A stretch of 64,000 nucleotides of DNA from Candidatus Latescibacterota bacterium (GTDB lineage: Bacteria; Latescibacterota; UBA2968; UBA8231), in contig OZ241867.1 in assembly GCA_965203175.1 (NCBI GenBank), forward strand, positions 1,408,001 to 1,472,000, in the 5' to 3' direction. Positions 1 to 8,638 of the stretch are shown here, piece by piece. Both the position numbers and the translations under genes were made by a program. The stretch's first letter is position 1; each line of letters opens with the position of its first letter. The notes beneath the pieces were generated by a model. It saw only the letters and a program-made list of their open reading frames with translations. It did no database searches and was not told the origin of the DNA.

Positions 1-15
1 GCACTGCTCGGCGTC

Positions 16-1416
16 GTGGTGGACGTGAACCTGAAGTCGGAAGACGGCGGGGAATATCTGGAAATCGCGGTTGATCCCTACCCCAATCCAATCAGCTACA
101 AAGGCGAATTCTACTATCGCAGCGGCAGCACCAAGCAGGTGCTCAGAGGGGCGGCACTTAGCCGCTTCCTGTTGCAGAAATACGGCCGAACGTGGGACGA
201 TGTGCCCCTGCCGGGCGTCGGCCTCAAGGACTTGGACGGTCGCGTCTTTGACGGGTTTCGTCAGCGGGGTGCTGACAGCGAACGCTTACCGCAGGACATA
301 TTGGACGAATCCGACGAAGGGGTAATCGAGAGGCTTCAGTTGCGAGAGACGGGTTTCCTAAAGCGTGCCGCGGTCCTGCTCTTTCATCCAGCGCCGGACC
401 GGTTCGTGATGGAAGCCTATGTGAAGATCGGCTATTTCCGTGGTTCGGAGTTGCTGTATCAGGACGTTATTGAAGGCGACTTGTTCACTCAGGTCGATCG
501 GACGATGGACTTGCTGTACACGAAATACACGAAGGCATTGATTTCCTACGACGGCGTTTATCGCGTGGAGACCTTTCCCGTGCCGCGTGAAGCCATGCGC
601 GAAGCGGTGATCAACGCCATCATTCACCGGGATTACTCCAGTCCTACCACAATTCAGATTCGCGTGTACGACGACCAGATCGCGATCTGGAATGCGGTGC
701 AGTTGCCGTCTGAATGGGCCGCCGATCAACTTGCTGGAGAACTTTCGTCAAAGCCGTATAACCCGCGAATCGCCTACGCCTTCTTCCGCGCCGGAATGAT
801 CGAAGCCTGGGGACGGGGCATCCGGCGGATTGCGGAAATGTGCAAGGAGGCTGGCAACCCCGTACCAGAGTGGAAGCTGCAATCTAGCGGCGACGGTCTG
901 TGGTTGAGGTTCCCGTTCTCTGCTGCGTACCAAGCAGCCGATTCCTCTACTGGCAGTGCTACTACCCAAGAAACTACCCAAGAGGCTACCCAAGAAACTA
1001 CCCAAGAGGCTACCCAAGAAACTACCCAAGAACGCATTTTGGCCTTACTCAAAGCTGAGCCTGAGCTAACGCAGCGTATGCTCGCCGAACGCATTGGTCT
1101 TACGCCGGATGGGGTCAAATACCACTTGGCTAAGCTGCGAACTGCTGGAGCCATCCGACATGTTGGACCAACCAAGGCGGGTCGATGGGAAGTGCTGACT
1201 ACCCAAGAAACCACCCAAGAGGCTACCCAAGAAACTACCCAAGAACGCATTTTGGCCTTACTCAAAGCTGAGCCTGAGCTAACGCAGCGTATGCTCGCCG
1301 AACGCATTGGTCTTACGCCGGATGGGGTCAAATACCACTTGGCTAAGCTGCGAACTGCTGGAGCCATCCGACATGTTGGACCAACCAAGGCGGGTCGATG
1401 GGAAGTGCTCAAGTGA
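16..1416 (+). CDS. AlbA_2/Schlafen-like + RecG-C-terminal (HATPase_c_4) + duplicated winged-helix protein; 5' end lies outside the window
   Basis: YYRSGST (end of AlbA_2), REAVINAIIHRDY, PYNPRIAYAFFRAGMIEAWGRGI, two C-terminal HTH copies ending GPTKAGRWEVL; directly upstream of hsdR. Confidence 0.8.
   Translation: MVDVNLKSEDGGEYLEIAVDPYPNPISYKGEFYYRSGSTKQVLRGAALSRFLLQKYGRTWDDVPLPGVGLKDLDGRVFDGFRQRGADSERLPQDILDESDEGVIERLQLRETGFLKRAAVLLFHPAPDRFVMEAYVKIGYFRGSELLYQDVIEGDLFTQVDRTMDLLYTKYTKALISYDGVYRVETFPVPREAMREAVINAIIHRDYSSPTTIQIRVYDDQIAIWNAVQLPSEWAADQLAGELSSKPYNPRIAYAFFRAGMIEAWGRGIRRIAEMCKEAGNPVPEWKLQSSGDGLWLRFPFSAAYQAADSSTGSATTQETTQEATQETTQEATQETTQERILALLKAEPELTQRMLAERIGLTPDGVKYHLAKLRTAGAIRHVGPTKAGRWEVLTTQETTQEATQETTQERILALLKAEPELTQRMLAERIGLTPDGVKYHLAKLRTAGAIRHVGPTKAGRWEVLK
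961..1032 (+). repeat. 12-bp coding tandem repeat x6, (A/G)CTACCCAAGA(A/G), encoding TTQE/ATQE
   Basis: Units read directly at 961, 973, 985, 997, 1009 and 1021; four more at 1198-1245. Confidence 0.95.
985..1410 (+). repeat. 213-bp (71-aa) near-perfect in-frame tandem duplication of linker + wHTH domain
   Basis: CGCATTTTGGCC... starts at both 1033 and 1246; the two protein segments are essentially identical. Confidence 0.95.
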
Positions 1417-1444
1417 GTGCCTTTAAAGCAAAGGGGCTGAAAAC

Positions 1445-4400
1445 ATGAGCGCCGTCGGCCAGCGGGAAATCCAAACCCAGCGGCGAGTGGTGGCGTTTTT
1501 CCAAGACGTGCTCGACTACAAGTACCTCGGTCATTGGCAGGACCGCCCCGGCAACCGCAACGTCGAGAGAGAGCATATCACCGACTGGCTCAAGCGCCAG
1601 GGGCACAGCGACAAAATCATCGACAGGGTGCTGTTCGAGCTGAACAGGGCAGCAGGGCTCGGCGGCAGCAAGACGCTCTACGACGCCAACCGCGAGGTCT
1701 ATGGCCTGCTCCGCTACGGCGTGAAAGTCCGGCCGGATGTGGGCGAACAGAACGTCACGGTCTGGTTGATCGACTGGGAGAATCCCGGCAACAACGACTT
1801 CGCCATCGCCGAGGAGGTGACGGTCCGCGGCGAGAATACCAAGCGGCCCGACCTCGTGCTCTACGTCAACGGCATTGCCTTGGGGGTGCTGGAACTGAAG
1901 CGCTCGACGGTGTCAGTGACTGAGGGCATTCGCCAGAATCTCGACAGCCAAAAGAAGGAATTCATCGAGCCGTTCTTCGCCACCGTACAACTCGTGATGG
2001 CGGGCAACGATACTGAGGGCCTGCGCTACGGCGTGATCGAGACGGCGGAGAAGTACTGGCTGCACTGGAAGGAAGCCGAGGTCCATCCGAGTGCTGACGA
2101 CAATCCGCTGCTCCGGGAGTTGAGCCAACTCTGCGGCAAGGAGCGGCTGATAGAAATCATCCACGATTTCATCGTCTTCGATGCGGGCGTCAAGAAGATC
2201 TGCCGCCACAACCAGTACTTCGGCGTAAAGGCGGCGCAGGCTCGCGTGAAGCGCCGCGAGGGCGGCATCATCTGGCACACCCAAGGCAGCGGCAAGAGCC
2301 TGACCATGGTCTGGCTGGCCAAGTGGATCCGCGAGCACGTCACAGACGCTCGGGTCCTACTCATCACCGACCGCACCGAACTGGACGAGCAAATCGAAAA
2401 GGTCTTCAAGGGCGTCAGCGAGGACATCCATCGCACGAGGAGCGGTGCCGACTTGGTGCGCGTGCTCAATGCCAGCGACGAATGGCTGATCGCTTCGCTG
2501 ATCCACAAGTTCGGCGCGGCAGAGGAAGGCGACGTCGATACGTTCGTCGAGGACATTCGCAGCCACCTGCCCAAAGACTTCCACGCCAAGGGCGATATTT
2601 TCGTCTTCGTAGATGAGTGCCACCGCACCCAGTCCGGTAAGCTCCACGAGGCAATGAAGGAATTGTTGCCGGGGGCCATGATGATCGGCTTCACCGGGAC
2701 GCCGTTGCTCAAGAGCGACAAGCAACAGAGTATCGAAACCTTCGGGCCGTACATCCACGCCTACAAGTACGACGAGGCGGTGAAAGACGGCGTGGTACTG
2801 GACTTGCGCTACGAGGCGCGCGACATCGACCAGAACATCACCTCGCAGACCAAAATCGATCAGTGGTTCGACATCAAGACTCGTGGGCTGACCGATGTGG
2901 CCAAGGCCCAGCTCAAGCAGCGCTGGGGCACGATGCGAAGAGTCCTGAGTGCGCGGGATCGGCTGGAGAAAATCGTCGCCGACATCCTATTCGACATGGA
3001 AACGCGCGACCGCCTCAAGAGCGGTCGTGGCAACGCCATACTCGTCTCCGGCAGTATCCGCTCAGCGTGCCGCTTCTTCGACATGCTCCAGCAGACTGAA
3101 CTGGCGGGCAAATGCGCCATCGTCACCTCGTACAGGCCAACCTTAGCGGACATCAAGGGCGAGGAGACCGGCGAGGGATACACCGAAAAACTACTCCGGC
3201 ACGCCACCTACCGTAAAATGCTGGCGGCGCACTTCAACGAGCCGGAAGACTCGGCGATGCACAAGGTCGAACGCTTTGAGCAGGAAGTGAAAAAGCGCTT
3301 CATCGACGAGCCAGGACAGATGAAGCTCCTGATCGTGGTGGATAAGCTGCTGACCGGCTTTGACGCGCCATCGGCGACCTATCTCTACATCGACAAGCAG
3401 ATGCAGGACCACGGCCTATTCCAAGCGATCTGCCGGGTCAATCGCCTCGACGGCGAAGACAAGGAATACGGCTACATCATCGACTACAAAGACCTGTTCC
3501 GGTCGCTGGAGCAATCCATTAAGGACTACACGGGCGAGGCATTCGACGGGTACGACAAGGCCGATGTGGAGGGTCTGCTGAAGGACCGGCTTCAGCAAGG
3601 TCGAGAGCGGCTGGAGGAGACACGCGAGGCGACCAAGGCGCTGTGCGAGCCGGTCGAGCCGCCGCACGACACTGCGGCCTATTTGCACTACTTCTGCACG
3701 GCCAGTAACGCTCGCCAGCTCAAAAACAATGAGCCGAAGCGCGTGGCGCTCTACAAGCAAGTCGCTGCGTTCCTACGCGCCTACGCCAACTTGGCCAACG
3801 AGATGTGTGAGGCCGGCTATTCCGATGCCGAAGCGCAGGAGATCAAAGCCGAAGTGGATCACTACGAGAAGGTGCGCCAGGAGATCAAGCTGGCCAGCGG
3901 CGACTACATCGACCTGAAGATGTACGAGCCAGCCATGCGGCACCTGCTTGATACGTACATCCGCGCCGAAGAGAGCGAGCAGCTATCAGGATTCGACGAT
4001 TTGACGCTCGTGCAACTGATTGTCGAGCGCGGGGAAGAGGCGGTCGAGGAACTGCCCGCAGGCATTCGCAAGAACCGCGAGGCGGTGGCTGAGACGATTG
4101 AAAACAACGTCCGGCGGCTCATTATCGACGAGACGGGAGTCAACCCCAGGTACTACGAGAAAATGTCGGAGCTGCTGGAAGCCCTGATCCGGCAACGCAA
4201 GCAAGAGGCGATTGACTACAAGGCGTATCTGGCGCGGATCGTCGATCTGACCAGAAAGACCAGTCGGCCAGAAACCCAAGCGTCCTATCCCGCCAGCATC
4301 AACAGCCCGGCATTGAGGGCGCTGTTCGACAACTTGGTGGTGCTAGTTCCGACAGCCCGAGAGCCACTCGACACTGAGCCGCCCGTTGATGTCAGGGAGG

Positions 4401-4570
4401 CGAAAGCGCTCACCCTAGATTCCGCCATCCGTCGGGTAAAGAAGGCGGACTGGCGGGGAAACAGGCTCAAGGAGCGCGAGGTCCGCAACGCCATCCACGC
4501 AGAACTCGGCGGCAACGAGAGCCTCGTAAACGCGATATTTGAGATCGTGAAGGCACAGAGTGAGTACTAA
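1445..4570 (+). CDS. hsdR: Type I restriction enzyme R subunit
   Basis: PD-(D/E)xK nuclease RPDLVLYVNGI..ELK, Walker A HTQGSGKS, DECHR, FTGTP, LLTGFDAP, QAICRVNR. Confidence 0.96.
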   Translation: MSAVGQREIQTQRRVVAFFQDVLDYKYLGHWQDRPGNRNVEREHITDWLKRQGHSDKIIDRVLFELNRAAGLGGSKTLYDANREVYGLLRYGVKVRPDVGEQNVTVWLIDWENPGNNDFAIAEEVTVRGENTKRPDLVLYVNGIALGVLELKRSTVSVTEGIRQNLDSQKKEFIEPFFATVQLVMAGNDTEGLRYGVIETAEKYWLHWKEAEVHPSADDNPLLRELSQLCGKERLIEIIHDFIVFDAGVKKICRHNQYFGVKAAQARVKRREGGIIWHTQGSGKSLTMVWLAKWIREHVTDARVLLITDRTELDEQIEKVFKGVSEDIHRTRSGADLVRVLNASDEWLIASLIHKFGAAEEGDVDTFVEDIRSHLPKDFHAKGDIFVFVDECHRTQSGKLHEAMKELLPGAMMIGFTGTPLLKSDKQQSIETFGPYIHAYKYDEAVKDGVVLDLRYEARDIDQNITSQTKIDQWFDIKTRGLTDVAKAQLKQRWGTMRRVLSARDRLEKIVADILFDMETRDRLKSGRGNAILVSGSIRSACRFFDMLQQTELAGKCAIVTSYRPTLADIKGEETGEGYTEKLLRHATYRKMLAAHFNEPEDSAMHKVERFEQEVKKRFIDEPGQMKLLIVVDKLLTGFDAPSATYLYIDKQMQDHGLFQAICRVNRLDGEDKEYGYIIDYKDLFRSLEQSIKDYTGEAFDGYDKADVEGLLKDRLQQGRERLEETREATKALCEPVEPPHDTAAYLHYFCTASNARQLKNNEPKRVALYKQVAAFLRAYANLANEMCEAGYSDAEAQEIKAEVDHYEKVRQEIKLASGDYIDLKMYEPAMRHLLDTYIRAEESEQLSGFDDLTLVQLIVERGEEAVEELPAGIRKNREAVAETIENNVRRLIIDETGVNPRYYEKMSELLEALIRQRKQEAIDYKAYLARIVDLTRKTSRPETQASYPASINSPALRALFDNLVVLVPTAREPLDTEPPVDVREAKALTLDSAIRRVKKADWRGNRLKEREVRNAIHAELGGNESLVNAIFEIVKAQSEY

Positions 4571-5294
4571 GGCTAGAGGCCACCGCATCGACATTCGCGG
4601 AATCCCGGTAGAGGTCGTCCACAAGAGCATCAAGAACCTCCACATAGGCGTCTATCCGCCGAGTGGTCGGGTACGGGTGGCCGCCCCGCTGTGGCTCGAC
4701 GATGACGCCGTGCGTTTGGCCGTCATTTCGCGCTTGGGATGGATTCACCGAAAGCGAGCCGAATTTGCCCAACAGGATCGCCAATCCCAGCGCGAGTTCG
4801 TGACCGGCGAGAGCCATTACTTCCGGGGCCGGCGCTATCGACTCGACGTGATTGAGCACGATGGTCCACCGGCAGTTCGTCTGCTCAGTAATACGAAGAT
4901 GGCGTTGCGCGTCCGTCCGGGCACCGACCGGGACGCAAAGGAGGCGGTACTGGAGCGATGGTATCGCCGTCAACTCCGCGACCAGTTGCCAGAGCTGTGC
5001 GTCAAATGGGAGCAGAAGGTTGGAGTGACGGTCGATGAGGTGCGGATCAAGAAAATGAAGACCCTCTGGGGCTCCTGTAATATCGAAGCCAAGCGCATCT
5101 GGCTAAACCTCGAACTGGCCAAGAAGCCGACTTCGTGCTTGGAGTTAGTCCTCGTCCACGAAATGGTCCACTTGATCGAGCGCCACCACAACGAGCGTTT
5201 TCGCAAGCTGATGGACAGGTTCATGCCGCAATGGCGCGTTCATCGGGACGAACTGAATCAGCAGCCGCTCGCACACGAGGATTGGGCGTACTGA
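4560..5294 (+). CDS. YgjP/DUF45 M48-like zinc metallopeptidase
   Basis: WGSC, HEMVH (HExxH), HHNERF; overlaps the hsdR stop, the usual arrangement in type I RM loci. Confidence 0.9.
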   Translation: MSTKARGHRIDIRGIPVEVVHKSIKNLHIGVYPPSGRVRVAAPLWLDDDAVRLAVISRLGWIHRKRAEFAQQDRQSQREFVTGESHYFRGRRYRLDVIEHDGPPAVRLLSNTKMALRVRPGTDRDAKEAVLERWYRRQLRDQLPELCVKWEQKVGVTVDEVRIKKMKTLWGSCNIEAKRIWLNLELAKKPTSCLELVLVHEMVHLIERHHNERFRKLMDRFMPQWRVHRDELNQQPLAHEDWAY

Positions 5295-5315
5295 AGCGTC
5301 TGCGGCAAAGGCTGG

Positions 5316-6890
5316 TCAATCGTCGCGGCGCAAGCGCTCGCGCTGCATCCATTCTTGCATGACGTGCTCGGAGCGGTTCAACAAGCTCAAGTAACCACCC
5401 TGTACCTCACTGCGAACCTTCCCAGACTTCGGCGGTTTGTTGGGCACTGCGTTGTAGCGCCCCCTCGCTTGAGTCACCGTCCGGCTCTTGATGTCCAGTG
5501 CGACTGTCAGCACGTGCTCCCGTTCCTCGGCTCCGTCTTGCAGCGCGCCAATCGACCAGATTGCGGTGTTGCCGTCGGCGCACTGGTCTGAATACGAGAC
5601 CACGCAGTGGTGCATTGCCCGGCCTTCAGCGGCCAGCTCCCAACTCGACAACAGCTCCTGCACTGTCCACCGTACCTTGCCCAGTTCGTCCGTCTCGTCC
5701 TCCAACTCCCACGGCCGGATTCCACACGGCTGCCAAGATTGAAAATTGACGTATTCCTCGCGGCTCAAGTGACCGTGCCAAGCCTCGACTTGGCGCAGGA
5801 GCTTGGTGGCGCTGCGGCCCTTCATGGTGAAATTGGGCTGCGGCGGAGGCGCTTCCTCTAAGCCGCCGACCTCCTGCACAATGCGGCGCGGGGCGAATTT
5901 CATGTTGTGGACATAATCGACAAGCGGCCCCACCCAAGTCGGGTCCAGCATCGCGTTATTGACTAGGAAAAGCACCACTGTACTCCAGAACTCGTCGTTT
6001 TCAAAATTGCGCCCTAGGCGGGTCTTGAGGGTCGCCTGCGCCAGAGGCCCATTGCCGCCCATGCCGAGGACCTGCGCCCAGCGCATGCTCTTTTCGACGC
6101 TGCCTAGTTGCGGCGAGCGCTGAAAGAGATGGGCCATGCGCCGCGTCAGTTTGACAGGCGCATCCAAGTCGCGGATGCTACCGCCAGAGGCCATGTGGAT
6201 AAACCACTCCTGCTGCCGCAACCCCTGCTCTTCAACGCCCCCGAACCAAGCCGAAACCATGGCATTGGGCACGGGGTAACGCGCCAACAAATAGCACGCC
6301 AGCGAGAAAACTTGGTCGCTGCGCCGGGGATGGCCGCCCTTGGGGACGACGCAGCGCCACTCCTCTAGGGGGCGAATCCAGTGGCGGTGGTGACGGGCCA
6401 AGGCCAGAAGACAGTGGGTTAGGTGTCGGTAAGGCCCCGATTTATAGATGCTCTTGGCCGTTATCACATTCATGAATTCATCGACGTGGAAAATCAGGCG
6501 TTGGAACGCCTTGTGTGCCTCCGCGTCTTGCCCGAGCCATTCTACGACAAAGCCCTTCCAGGGGAGCTCGCCAGCGGCGAGTTGCGCTAGGGTCTGCTGG
6601 CGTTTCTCCGTCAGCGGGCGCTTAGGCACTAGTGCCTCGGCCAAGTGGTGCTCCAGCCGGTTAGTGAACTGCTCCTGATTTAGGCCGTCGTCCATGCCGC
6701 TGAGCCGACACCAGTGCTGGTAGGATCTGAGCGATTCAAAGCCCACCTTGGCCAACTCCTCCCAAGTCGGGACGACCGTTGTATCGGCTGCGGTTTGCGT
6801 CAATCCTGTCAACTGTCTCACTCCCCTATTATTACAACTTGACAAAGACGGCCACCAAGCCGCTACAATGTCAAGTAGAGCCCCATTCAT
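5316..6890 (-). CDS. PcfJ domain-containing protein (start uncertain)
   Basis: C-terminal L..EGRAMHHCVVSY..C, LT..L, QARGRYN typical of PcfJ-like proteins. Confidence 0.75.
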   Translation of the reverse strand: MNGALLDIVAAWWPSLSSCNNRGVRQLTGLTQTAADTTVVPTWEELAKVGFESLRSYQHWCRLSGMDDGLNQEQFTNRLEHHLAEALVPKRPLTEKRQQTLAQLAAGELPWKGFVVEWLGQDAEAHKAFQRLIFHVDEFMNVITAKSIYKSGPYRHLTHCLLALARHHRHWIRPLEEWRCVVPKGGHPRRSDQVFSLACYLLARYPVPNAMVSAWFGGVEEQGLRQQEWFIHMASGGSIRDLDAPVKLTRRMAHLFQRSPQLGSVEKSMRWAQVLGMGGNGPLAQATLKTRLGRNFENDEFWSTVVLFLVNNAMLDPTWVGPLVDYVHNMKFAPRRIVQEVGGLEEAPPPQPNFTMKGRSATKLLRQVEAWHGHLSREEYVNFQSWQPCGIRPWELEDETDELGKVRWTVQELLSSWELAAEGRAMHHCVVSYSDQCADGNTAIWSIGALQDGAEEREHVLTVALDIKSRTVTQARGRYNAVPNKPPKSGKVRSEVQGGYLSLLNRSEHVMQEWMQRERLRRDD

Positions 6891-6973
6891 CTTGTGGCAG
6901 CACTGGCTGCAACGCGCCGTTGCACGTATTTACCAAGCCAGCTAATTTTCATCTCAACGCGAAAGGAGAGCTA

Positions 6974-7771
6974 GTGGCGTCAGAATACAAGGTTTTGCTC
7001 ATCGGCGGGCGCGGCACGATTGGCTCGGGCCTGCGGACCTATATGCCGCGACTCGATCCGCGCTACCGCATGGTCTCCGTGGATTTGCCCGGCGCGCCGG
7101 ACAAGGCGACGGAGCCGGATGCCGGGGGGGATTTTATCGATCTCGATATTATGGAGTCGCCGGATGATTTCCGCGCCCTGATCCCTGGGTGCGACTTGGT
7201 CGTCTATCTGGCCCGCTGCGGCGACTTGGCGGCCATGCGCCGGATGACCGACTTGGTTTTTGAGGCGATATTGGCCCAAAATGAGCCGCCGATGATCGTC
7301 GGCTCCAGTTCGGTGCACGCGGTCGATGGGCTGTACGACTTTAACCAGCCGGGCTTCTTTTGGACCTTGGCCGAGCGGCAGTTCGACCAGATAACCGAGT
7401 GGCCCGAGCGGATTTCCGCGGCCGTGCCCGCGCACCCGATCAACGACTACGGACGCGAAAAAGCCCACGTGGAAGAATGGGCGCAGAAGGTTGCCGACTT
7501 GGGGCACAGCGCGGTTGCCATGCGCTGGGGCGGCGTCAACGCGGAAAACAATGTCCACGTAGCGGAACGGGGTTACTTTGCCGTCTGGTGCCACCAAGAG
7601 GACGCCGCCCGCTTGGTCCACGCCTGCTTCCAGCGGCACTGCGCGGGCGACCTGCCCAGCGGCGCGCATTACTTTGCGATCTCGGACAACACCTATAACA
7701 TCTTTGACATTGAAACGCCCCGGCGCGAAGTCGGCTACGACCCAGTGCACAACTCGGAGACGTACTTTTAG
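6974..7771 (+). CDS. NAD-dependent epimerase/dehydratase (uronate dehydrogenase-like)
   Basis: GGRGTIG Rossmann motif, SSVHA, YGREK; AAAGGAG RBS before GTG at 6974. Confidence 0.8.
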   Translation: MASEYKVLLIGGRGTIGSGLRTYMPRLDPRYRMVSVDLPGAPDKATEPDAGGDFIDLDIMESPDDFRALIPGCDLVVYLARCGDLAAMRRMTDLVFEAILAQNEPPMIVGSSSVHAVDGLYDFNQPGFFWTLAERQFDQITEWPERISAAVPAHPINDYGREKAHVEEWAQKVADLGHSAVAMRWGGVNAENNVHVAERGYFAVWCHQEDAARLVHACFQRHCAGDLPSGAHYFAISDNTYNIFDIETPRREVGYDPVHNSETYF

Positions 7772-8608
7772 ATGAACGATACTGAGAAATTTCTCTTCGA
7801 CCTCCAGGGCTTCCTAAAGGTCCCCGACTTCCTCACTTCTGCCGAAGTCAATGCACTCAATGCAGCCTTTGACGCCAATGAGGACAAACGCGGCGAAGAC
7901 GGCAATCACAATACCGGCGGCAGCGACGCGCTCGAGGGCCGGCGGCGCGGTATGTTCACGGGGATGCTCGAATGGGAAAAACCCCACTGTCTGCCCTTCC
8001 GCGCGCTGTTGGCGCACAAAAAGCTCATCCCCTATCTCGACGCGCTCTTTGGCCGCGGCTGGAAGATGGACCACTCGCCCTTTATGCTCTGCGGCGGCAA
8101 AGGTGCCGAGGGCCTGATCCTCCACGGCTCAACTAGCCGCCACTTCAACGGCTCGCAATACTACGCTTATGCCAACGACCAGATGCGCTGTGGCATGATC
8201 GTCTGCCAGTTCCAGCTCGCTGACGTCAATGAGGGCGACGGCGGATTGTGCGTGATCCCAGGCAGCCACAAGGCCAACTTCCCGCTGCCGCAAAAAATTT
8301 GCCACTGGCAAGAGCACCGCGAGGTCGTGTACAACGTCCCCTGCAAGACCGGCGACATGGTCATCTTCAACGAGGCGACCTTGCACGGTACGCTCCCGTG
8401 GACGGCCGAGCACGAGCGGCGCTCCCTGCTCTACCGCTACTCGCCCAAGTATTTGCACTTTGCCGGCGGAACGTATCAGACCAGCCAGCCGGAATGGGTG
8501 AGCGAGCTGACCGAGGCGCAACAGGCCGTGCTCGAACCCCCCTATATCTACAATCGGCCGCTGGTGGAAGCCGACGGCGAAACCGTGGTACGGCCGCGGA
8601 CGGGCTGA
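7772..8608 (+). CDS. PhyH-family Fe(II)/2-oxoglutarate oxygenase with non-canonical H-G-S motif
   Basis: FDLQGFL, LHGS, CVIPGSHK, GDMVIF.EATLHG, RRSLLYRY. Confidence 0.88.
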   Translation: MNDTEKFLFDLQGFLKVPDFLTSAEVNALNAAFDANEDKRGEDGNHNTGGSDALEGRRRGMFTGMLEWEKPHCLPFRALLAHKKLIPYLDALFGRGWKMDHSPFMLCGGKGAEGLILHGSTSRHFNGSQYYAYANDQMRCGMIVCQFQLADVNEGDGGLCVIPGSHKANFPLPQKICHWQEHREVVYNVPCKTGDMVIFNEATLHGTLPWTAEHERRSLLYRYSPKYLHFAGGTYQTSQPEWVSELTEAQQAVLEPPYIYNRPLVEADGETVVRPRTG

Positions 8609-8638
8609 TCTTTTGCCCACTGTCTTGCACTCCGGTGT

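Noticed and set aside
961-1245. Short direct repeats as a CRISPR array
   Set aside because: 12-bp in-frame coding units with no unique spacers, and no cas genes
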